61,141 nucleotides of DNA. Origin: a virus. Taxonomy: Duplodnaviria > Caudoviricetes. Location: the IMG/VR virus record IMGVR_UViG_3300028920_000076, positions 1 to 61,141 of that record. One strand, 5' to 3'. Shown one piece after another: positions 55,165 through 61,141 of this stretch. A model generated the notes under the pieces. That model saw nothing but the letters and a program-made list of their open reading frames with translations, was not told the origin of the DNA and did not search any database. Within the stretch, counting starts at the first letter, position 1. Every line of letters starts with the position of its first letter. The position numbers and the translations under genes are program-made.

Positions 55165-56883
55165 ATGGCTAGAAAAGAAAGCAGTGGAGAGAAAAAGAGT
55201 AGGATGAAAAATCGGTCCTACAAGCGGACACAAATACGTCACGCCCTCCTTGCAACCAAAGCAGAGGAGGATGCGCTTTTCTCCCGGCAGGTCGAGGACG
55301 AACGTGACCCTTTCGATGGAATGTATGATCGCAACTCATTGATCGTTCCCCACTATGACTTTGACCGGCTCTACCGGATTTATGAGGAGAGTGATGTTGT
55401 TCAGTCATGTGTCGAGGCAATGCAGAACAATATTGATGGATTTGGCTATCAACTCCAGTTTCTCGGAGATGACAAAACGGAGAAGGATACTCCGGCTGCT
55501 AAAGCTGAATATACACGTGCTCAAAACTTCTTTGACCAGATTAACGAAAATCAGTCATTTATGACAGTCAGGAAGGACAGACGTGAAGACATCGAGGTTC
55601 TCGGCAACGGAGCTTTCGAGGTAATCCGAAATAAGCTAGGCAGTATCCAAATGATGTATCAGATGCCGTTCAAGAGACTACGGCTGTCCCTCGTTGATCA
55701 GAAGCCTATTCCGGTGCGAGTAGCTATAATGCGGGATGGGAAGCCTACCATGGTAACGGTCAGGAAGCATTTTCGTCGATTTGCCCAGATCTCATCTACC
55801 GGCAGAAAGTTGCGATGGTTTAAGGAGTACGGAGATCCTCGTACACTATCAGCTATCACGGGAGAGTTTGTTACCGGGACGCCGAAATTGAAGGCCTCCG
55901 AAATTATGCACTACAAGCTTTCGTTTGGCGGGATGCCGTACGGTCTGCCTCGTTGGATAGGAGCCATTCTGGACGCTATGGGAAGGCGCTCGGCCTCTTA
56001 CGTCAACTATGATCTGTTTGAGTCTCAGGGTATCCCTCCAATGGCTATCATGGTATCCGGTGGAGTACTAACCGACGAATCGTTGGATGAACTGGAAGAC
56101 ATTATCCGTTCCCTGCGAGGAGTCGGAAAATGGAATAAGATCATGCTGCTTGAGTCCAACGTCGAATCTGTTGGATTGGAGGATAAGGGATCAGCCAAGA
56201 TCGAGCTTAAAAATCTGGCCGAATACCGGAAAGAAGACCAGATGTTTAACCAGTACCTTGAGTCAACTGAAAAGCATGTACGGCATAGATTCCGCCTACC
56301 TCCCTTGTATGTCGGAGCGGCTGAGACTTTCACACACGCCACTGCTAAAGCTGCTCAGACAGTGGCAGAGGAACAAGTCTTTATTCCTGAGCGGATGCAG
56401 CAGGATGAAATCATCAATACCCAGATCGTACGTCGAGAACTCGGCATAACGATGTGGAAGTATAAATCAAAGGGTCCGAAGATAGTCGGATCGACCGACA
56501 TCCCGAAGGGTGTTGAAATCTTCTCGAAGTCCGGGGCGTTCTCAATTAACCATGCAATCGAACAGGCCAATGCTGTATTTGGCCTTGAAATGTCGAAGTA
56601 TAAAGAGGAGTGGGCAGACTATCCGATCACGATGGTCACCGAACTTCTCAAGGCTGGTCGGCTCAAGGGTATGGATACAATCGCTGATGCAGTAAAGGAA
56701 GTCAATACCGCTGTTTCGACTGCTACCCAGAGACAACCGGCTGCGATTAAAAATCTGAAGTTGCCGGGACAGGTCACCAAGTCTGCTTTTGAACCGCAGG
56801 AAATAGAGCTTTATCAATCTTTGAAGACTATTCAGGCGACTATTGAAGCTCATTCGGAGTGTGCTCACGATGCTACCCTATAA
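55165..56883 (+). CDS. portal protein (PBSX/XkdE-like)
   Basis: NIDGFGY, LGNGAFEVIRN, YGLPRWIGA, FRLPPLYVG. Confidence 0.85.
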   Translation: MARKESSGEKKSRMKNRSYKRTQIRHALLATKAEEDALFSRQVEDERDPFDGMYDRNSLIVPHYDFDRLYRIYEESDVVQSCVEAMQNNIDGFGYQLQFLGDDKTEKDTPAAKAEYTRAQNFFDQINENQSFMTVRKDRREDIEVLGNGAFEVIRNKLGSIQMMYQMPFKRLRLSLVDQKPIPVRVAIMRDGKPTMVTVRKHFRRFAQISSTGRKLRWFKEYGDPRTLSAITGEFVTGTPKLKASEIMHYKLSFGGMPYGLPRWIGAILDAMGRRSASYVNYDLFESQGIPPMAIMVSGGVLTDESLDELEDIIRSLRGVGKWNKIMLLESNVESVGLEDKGSAKIELKNLAEYRKEDQMFNQYLESTEKHVRHRFRLPPLYVGAAETFTHATAKAAQTVAEEQVFIPERMQQDEIINTQIVRRELGITMWKYKSKGPKIVGSTDIPKGVEIFSKSGAFSINHAIEQANAVFGLEMSKYKEEWADYPITMVTELLKAGRLKGMDTIADAVKEVNTAVSTATQRQPAAIKNLKLPGQVTKSAFEPQEIELYQSLKTIQATIEAHSECAHDATL

Positions 56884-58435
56884 GATGCCAGATATACAGG
56901 CTCCAGAGGAGCTTGACAGCTTCGATACGGCCTTTTTAGTGCTGATAGGGACTCTGACCCTTATAGACGGAGAAGAAGCCCTTGAATCGGCTCTGAAGGT
57001 CTCAAAAGATGTTGTTTTGTGGGGTCCAGAAGCCTTCCTACTCAATTCAGTGCTGTATAAGGGTTGGAAGGATGCTGGTGGCGATGATTTTACCGATGCG
57101 TTGAGATCTGCGTTTGATCTTAAAGACGATATCGGTGTTGATCTGGAAGCCCTCGACGATGCGTATGAGAAGTACTATGCCACTGGACGAAAGGCATGGA
57201 AGATCGTCAAAAAGAAAGTTGCTGAGGTACTGGAAAAGACTTCGGACTCATCCGAGAGTTATTTTCTCAAGCAATACAAAAAGGCCCAAAAGGATGCAGC
57301 TCTCGATAACTGGAAAAAGTTTGTGGAGTCTGCCAGTTATGAACACATAGAAAAATTTATCGACACGTACCCGGATCGTGTGCTGCACAGCCAGATTGGT
57401 ACTCTTGCCAAGCAAGCAGCACTGAATCCGAATATGCGTACTATTGACAAAGCTGATTTGGTGCGTAGGATTAAAGAGATCGAGAAGTTGCCGAAAGAGT
57501 ATATCAAAAACGTTTCGGATATACATGCCGGGAGAGTTTGGAATTTTACCGGATTGACGATGGCTCGTCAGAGAAACGTTACCGAATTTCAGATTATAGC
57601 AAACTTGGATAAGAAGACGTGTCCGGTGTGCAAGCGATTGCACGGGACTCGCTTTAATGTCGAGGCTGTGATCGAAAAAATGATCCCGTTGTTGACGGAG
57701 GAGGGTAACGAGGACGCTATTGCTAAGGCGTTTCCCTTCCCCCGGTTGCCTGATGTAGATAACGTCTCCTCAGCGGAGAAACGGGGTCTCCAAACAATGC
57801 CTCCTTTTCATGGGCGGTGCCGGTGTGATACGGCAATGTTATGGACGAAGACGGACACGGAGCTTCCAGAGTTACCGAAGAAGCCACCGACTATTCCAGA
57901 AACGTTTGTCTCTAAGAGGAACCGTCTTGAGAGGAGCATCTACAACCGTAAGACTGAAAAGTGTTACTGTTTTGATAAAAAGGGAAATGTGACCGTTGTT
58001 AAAGAAGGTCACGAGCGAGGAATACTTTTTACTTCTGATGAGTTAAATGCAATGCCGGAAGGCTCTGTCTTTACGCATAACCATCCGGCTTCTACAAGTT
58101 TTAGTCCTGAAGATCTATTTCTGACTATCAGAAATAGGTTTAAGGAGATGAGGGCAGTCAGCAAGAAATACGTATACTCCTTTAAGCCTGATTGGAAGTA
58201 CTGGACAGAGACCATCGGGTATACCGAAACGCAAGATATTGCAGACTCGTTTCTCACTGCGTTTCAGAAAGCTGATGGTGCTGTCCGTAAGAAAATTCAA
58301 TCGTTGCTTAACAGTGGAAAAATTGCACTCGAAACAGCCAATGCTACTCATGCACACGAAGTCATGCTGGAGATGTCCAAAATGACAAAAGGTCAAGGAT
58401 TCAAGTATTCACGGAGGAAACCGCCATGGTCTTAA
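56870..58435 (+). CDS. MuF/gp7-like head morphogenesis protein with C-terminal JAB/MPN-like domain
   Basis: DKKTCPVCKRLHG...PPFHGRCRC (MuF); TE...FTHNHPASTSFSPEDL (JAB-like). Confidence 0.8.
   Translation: MLPYKMPDIQAPEELDSFDTAFLVLIGTLTLIDGEEALESALKVSKDVVLWGPEAFLLNSVLYKGWKDAGGDDFTDALRSAFDLKDDIGVDLEALDDAYEKYYATGRKAWKIVKKKVAEVLEKTSDSSESYFLKQYKKAQKDAALDNWKKFVESASYEHIEKFIDTYPDRVLHSQIGTLAKQAALNPNMRTIDKADLVRRIKEIEKLPKEYIKNVSDIHAGRVWNFTGLTMARQRNVTEFQIIANLDKKTCPVCKRLHGTRFNVEAVIEKMIPLLTEEGNEDAIAKAFPFPRLPDVDNVSSAEKRGLQTMPPFHGRCRCDTAMLWTKTDTELPELPKKPPTIPETFVSKRNRLERSIYNRKTEKCYCFDKKGNVTVVKEGHERGILFTSDELNAMPEGSVFTHNHPASTSFSPEDLFLTIRNRFKEMRAVSKKYVYSFKPDWKYWTETIGYTETQDIADSFLTAFQKADGAVRKKIQSLLNSGKIALETANATHAHEVMLEMSKMTKGQGFKYSRRKPPWS
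57629..57642 (-). repeat. Dispersed 14-bp motif, reverse orientation
   Basis: Exact TGCAAGCGATTGCA, encoding CKRLH of the MuF Cys motif. Confidence 0.9.
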
Positions 58436-58581
58436 AAGCAAAACCAGTGCCGGAAAGAGAGTGGGATGTCGAGTCTGAGAATAACCTCACGCTAGATAAA
58501 TCGCACCATGTACCGGTATACGAGGAGGTCAAAAAGGATGAAAAGAGCACCAGAGAGCATCGGAAGGGGAGGAGCAAGTAG
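58426..58581 (+). CDS. 51-aa ORF overlapping the MuF stop (not in ORF track)
   Basis: GGAGG RBS; MVLKAKPVPEREWDVESEN... Confidence 0.4.
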   Translation: MVLKAKPVPEREWDVESENNLTLDKSHHVPVYEEVKKDEKSTREHRKGRSK

Positions 58582-59092
58582 ATTTTATGGGTATTTATTA
58601 GTATTTATCTCATTGTTCTTAGCTTCACATTGGAGCACTGGGATAGACGATAGGAGGGCGTCAGCGAACGGAGAGGAAGTACCGCCACCTCAAGAGTTAT
58701 CTGCAAGTGTAATTGCACCGTGTCCCGAAGGGGATGCATGCTTGTTCGTTGCTTGGGACGCAAACACGGAGCCGGACTTAGCTGGATACATTGTCCATCG
58801 AGGCAGGGAGAGCGGGAAGTACACCGAGAGCTTTAAGGTGGCAGAACTTCCCGGACAGTGGACAAATCCAGACTGCAAGGCACCGTATGACCCGTTTAAA
58901 ACACAGTGCTGCGAGTTCACGATAATAGGACACAAGGAACCGGGAGTTTACTACTACGCTGCCACAGCATACGACGAAGATGGTAATGAGAGTGACTACT
59001 CTGAGGAGTTAGAGCACACGTTTATAATTCATAAACCGTCTGGACTGTTAATGCCAGAGGGGTTAATAGTAAAACCTGATAACGACGAATAG
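58538..59092 (+). CDS. membrane-anchored/exported fibronectin type III-like protein
   Basis: TM segment; AWDANTEPDLAGYIVH...YYYAATAYDEDGNESDYSEE. Confidence 0.75.
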   Translation: MKRAPESIGRGGASRFYGYLLVFISLFLASHWSTGIDDRRASANGEEVPPPQELSASVIAPCPEGDACLFVAWDANTEPDLAGYIVHRGRESGKYTESFKVAELPGQWTNPDCKAPYDPFKTQCCEFTIIGHKEPGVYYYAATAYDEDGNESDYSEELEHTFIIHKPSGLLMPEGLIVKPDNDE

Positions 59093-59102
59093 GAGGTAAG
59101 TA

Positions 59103-59288
59103 ATGGCTGAGAATGAGTTTACGAATGAGGCAAACGACCCGATCCGCAAGCCACCGGCAAGCGGAGTGATGACCAGCGAGCTTCCACAGGAACGGGAAAT
59201 ACGTGAGACTCCGTTGCCTGAAGGGTATACACCGGGAGGCTTGATGAGTGGGGAAAACGATCTCGACAGAGACTTTCCCGTCAAATAG
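59103..59288 (+). CDS. small acidic hypothetical protein
   Basis: AGGAGGT RBS. Confidence 0.6.
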   Translation: MAENEFTNEANDPIRKPPASGVMTSELPQEREIRETPLPEGYTPGGLMSGENDLDRDFPVK

Positions 59289-59320
59289 CTTTTATCGGTT
59301 GTCAATCAGGGTTCTGGAGC

Positions 59321-59369
59321 CTTCGGGGGTTACGGTTAAAAGGTGCGCTGTAACCCTCGAACTCTTTTT
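59321..59369 (+). terminator. probable terminator
   Basis: TTCGGGGGTTAC...GTAACCCTCGAA stem then CTCTTTTT. Confidence 0.55.
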
Positions 59370-59407
59370 ACTCAAAGAGTAATAAAATCAGGCATTTATA
59401 AAAACTC

Positions 59408-59436
59408 TTGACAAAATTTTTTATCTGTTATATATA
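59408..59436 (+). promoter_or_regulatory. sigma70-type promoter
   Basis: CTTGACAAAA; TTGACA-N17-TATATA in AT-rich context. Confidence 0.7.
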
Positions 59437-59473
59437 AAATTATCGATATTATTTTTTGACAGGAGACGCCGCC

Positions 59474-59989
59474 ATGCATAAATTCAAATTTACGGGAGGG
59501 GTTGCCAATCCTGAACCGAGACGAAATGAGAAGTTTCTCTTGTTTTTCGTTGTCGGCGGAAACGAGATCCCTCTGTATCAGATGGTCAACGATGGATTGG
59601 TACAGAGGACCGGCTACGAGCGGGATGAGTTCTCGACCAAGCACAAGATTGCCAAGGTGTTTATCAGTCAGCAGGGATTCGGCATCCAGAAACGCTACCA
59701 CTCCTTTTATATAGAGTTTCGGGATTCTACCGCATCCCCCACGGTGACTGTAGTTCCCTTCTCCGGGCCAGATACCCAATTTCAATTCGTTGGGAATTTT
59801 CGTTTCCTGAAAAAAGATGAAATCTTGGAAGTGCTGGATAGTGAATCAACAAGTTACAAGTTCGCCCAGATCCAGCAACCACTTCCGGTTAAGACGCTGA
59901 ATAGTCTTGTTACTGTGGATCGTTCTCATGTTCGCAAGGGAGTGCGGCATGTTCGGATCGGACGCAAAACCCAAAAGGTAGGAATTTGA
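59474..59989 (+). CDS. hypothetical protein with C-terminal RHVRIGR motif
   Basis: AGGAG RBS. Confidence 0.65.
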   Translation: MHKFKFTGGVANPEPRRNEKFLLFFVVGGNEIPLYQMVNDGLVQRTGYERDEFSTKHKIAKVFISQQGFGIQKRYHSFYIEFRDSTASPTVTVVPFSGPDTQFQFVGNFRFLKKDEILEVLDSESTSYKFAQIQQPLPVKTLNSLVTVDRSHVRKGVRHVRIGRKTQKVGI

Positions 59990-60011
59990 CCTACAGACAG
60001 GAGGTATCACT

Positions 60012-60407
60012 ATGTCATTTTGGACCCAGATCGGAACCGTGATCACTGACGTTACAATGTTCAAGAAGTCGTGTGAACAGCATAATGTCGAGTATCAGCG
60101 GAACCACGACAAGAACTTTAAGATGCAAGGGCTCGAAGTCCATGCAACGTTGACTGACAGTGGCTCACGGAGCGGCATGCGTGGGCAAGCTTTTCTCTGC
60201 AAGGATGGAGGAGCGTTCAAGATCGTTATGGACAATGACATCAACTACTCGTCTTTCTCAAATCGCATCGGACGTAACGGTGGGGTGCTTGTTAGAGACT
60301 ACACCAGAGGTGTGATTCTGGACAACGTGAGAAAAACTGGTGGGATGGTAACCAAACAAGAAGAACTGAAGGATGGCAGTGTTCTATTAAGAGTTGCCAA
60401 CTTCTAA
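60012..60407 (+). CDS. DUF1257 (Ycf35)-like protein
   Basis: MSFWTQIGTVITD...; C-terminal EELKDGSVLL; adjacent to a DUF2997-like gene. Confidence 0.6.
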   Translation: MSFWTQIGTVITDVTMFKKSCEQHNVEYQRNHDKNFKMQGLEVHATLTDSGSRSGMRGQAFLCKDGGAFKIVMDNDINYSSFSNRIGRNGGVLVRDYTRGVILDNVRKTGGMVTKQEELKDGSVLLRVANF

Positions 60408-60427
60408 TCTGTATGAGGAGTGACAAA

Positions 60428-60631
60428 ATGACGGAGAAACCCGAAGTAGTTATCAAAATCAGTCCAGATGGATCTAATGTGGACGTAGACGGTAAGAACT
60501 TTACGGGCGGGGCTTGTAAGACAGTTATCGAGACTCTAACCAAGGGTGTCGGGATTGTCGAGGAGTCAAAGAAGAAGCCCGAATTTTACGTAATCGAGCA
60601 GCATCATACCACTCTCGGTGGTAGTACGTGA
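60428..60631 (+). CDS. DUF2997-like protein
   Basis: VVIKISPDG.V.VDG.NF.G..C......L....G......KKPEFY. Confidence 0.7.
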   Translation: MTEKPEVVIKISPDGSNVDVDGKNFTGGACKTVIETLTKGVGIVEESKKKPEFYVIEQHHTTLGGST

Positions 60632-60645
60632 TGCAATCGCTTGCA
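60632..60645 (+). repeat. Dispersed 14-bp motif (TGCAATCGCTTGCA)
   Basis: Exact, immediately after TGA, followed by a hairpin at 60648-60676. Confidence 0.9.
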
Positions 60646-60697
60646 ATGGGGCATCCTTGCACTACAGGGATGCCCTTCGTGTTTAAGGAGGTCAAAT

Positions 60698-61015
60698 ATG
60701 GAGAACAGAGAAGTATTGATTAAGATCGCCCCGGATGGGCATGCATCGTTTTTCCTGCACCACGACGACAACCCGCTATTTGATCAAGCAGAAGCCACGA
60801 TTATTAGAGCATCCAATGTTAGATTTGACAATACCGAAAAGCTTTGGTTTGTCTGGGAACGTCAACCTGACGGGTCCGAAGTTATCCTTCCCAAAGGTCA
60901 CATAAGACGTGCTGATGCTATTGCGTATGAAATTGAAATGTTGAATCAGAAGCTGAGGGATGAGCCGGGATATGTCGAACAGAGGTTCGAGAGTATTACT
61001 ACCGGTTCCGAGTAA
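60698..61015 (+). CDS. hypothetical protein of the DUF1257/DUF2997 module
   Basis: AAGGAGGT RBS; IKIAPDG...IRASNV.F...W...RADAIAYE. Confidence 0.6.
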   Translation: MENREVLIKIAPDGHASFFLHHDDNPLFDQAEATIIRASNVRFDNTEKLWFVWERQPDGSEVILPKGHIRRADAIAYEIEMLNQKLRDEPGYVEQRFESITTGSE

Positions 61016-61141
61016 AAAGAAACGGCCCGAAGTGGATGAGTCTCCGAGCCGAATCCACGGAGGCCACTCAAAACGTGACCAATGACAAGAGAAACCCCAA
61101 ACCAGCAAAGGGCGTGAGTGTCTCTATAGTAGGACATTGAG

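Noticed and set aside
8909-56560. Half-site matches such as TGCAATCG at 10432, 27804, 37805, 56553 and GGCAATCGAGTTGCA near 8909
   Set aside because: Only one arm matches; compatible with ordinary Ala-Ile codons.
420-60645. 14-bp repeats as a CRISPR array or mobile-element ends
   Set aside because: Copies are kilobases apart, often inside genes, with no shared flanks, spacers or target duplications; no cas or transposase genes.
376-61137. Minus-strand ORFs in the track (e.g. 7021-7983, 24334-25323, 26901-27650)
   Set aside because: They shadow well-supported + strand genes, and I saw no recognisable protein motifs in them.
1-61141. Stop-codon reassignment, introns/inteins, DGR, tRNAs, integrase
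   Set aside because: Genes tile densely under the standard code with all three stops used. PolA, portal and MCP look uninterrupted. No reverse transcriptase, recombinase or tRNA cloverleaf recognised by eye.
61016-61141. Possible structured RNA at the window end
   Set aside because: Only a short GTGGAT/ATCCAC stem; truncated by the window edge and no family recognised.

Overview
Fragment of a large tailed dsDNA phage genome (siphovirus-like: long tape measure, tail tube, no sheath seen). Essentially all credible genes are on the + strand. Layout: non-coding phased repeats (1-360); early/accessory cassettes behind near-identical sigma70-type promoters (0.4-18.6 kb: DenV-like glycosylase, radical SAM, GHKL ATPase-HExxH, zf-GRF protein, ATP-dependent ligase, apparently inactive PolX-like protein); XkdF-type protease/scaffold/major capsid, neck, tail tube, frameshifted tail chaperone, 2452-aa tape measure, tail tip (19-40 kb); sulfotransferase-like plus Stealth-like pair, modular fibre/decoration proteins and a glycoside hydrolase-like protein (40-51 kb); UDG-fused family A DNA polymerase, portal, MuF-JAB fusion (52-58 kb); DUF1257/DUF2997-like module at the end. 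No terminase, integrase, tRNA or CRISPR array was recognised. The most striking signal is a 14-bp quasi-palindrome, TGCAATCG(C/A)TTGCA. It occurs 18 times exactly, plus 2 one-mismatch copies, spaced unusually evenly (about every 3.2 kb) across the whole window, both between genes and inside coding sequence. A Desulfobacterota-like host is my inference from protein motifs. All family assignments are from motif recognition by eye, not database searches.
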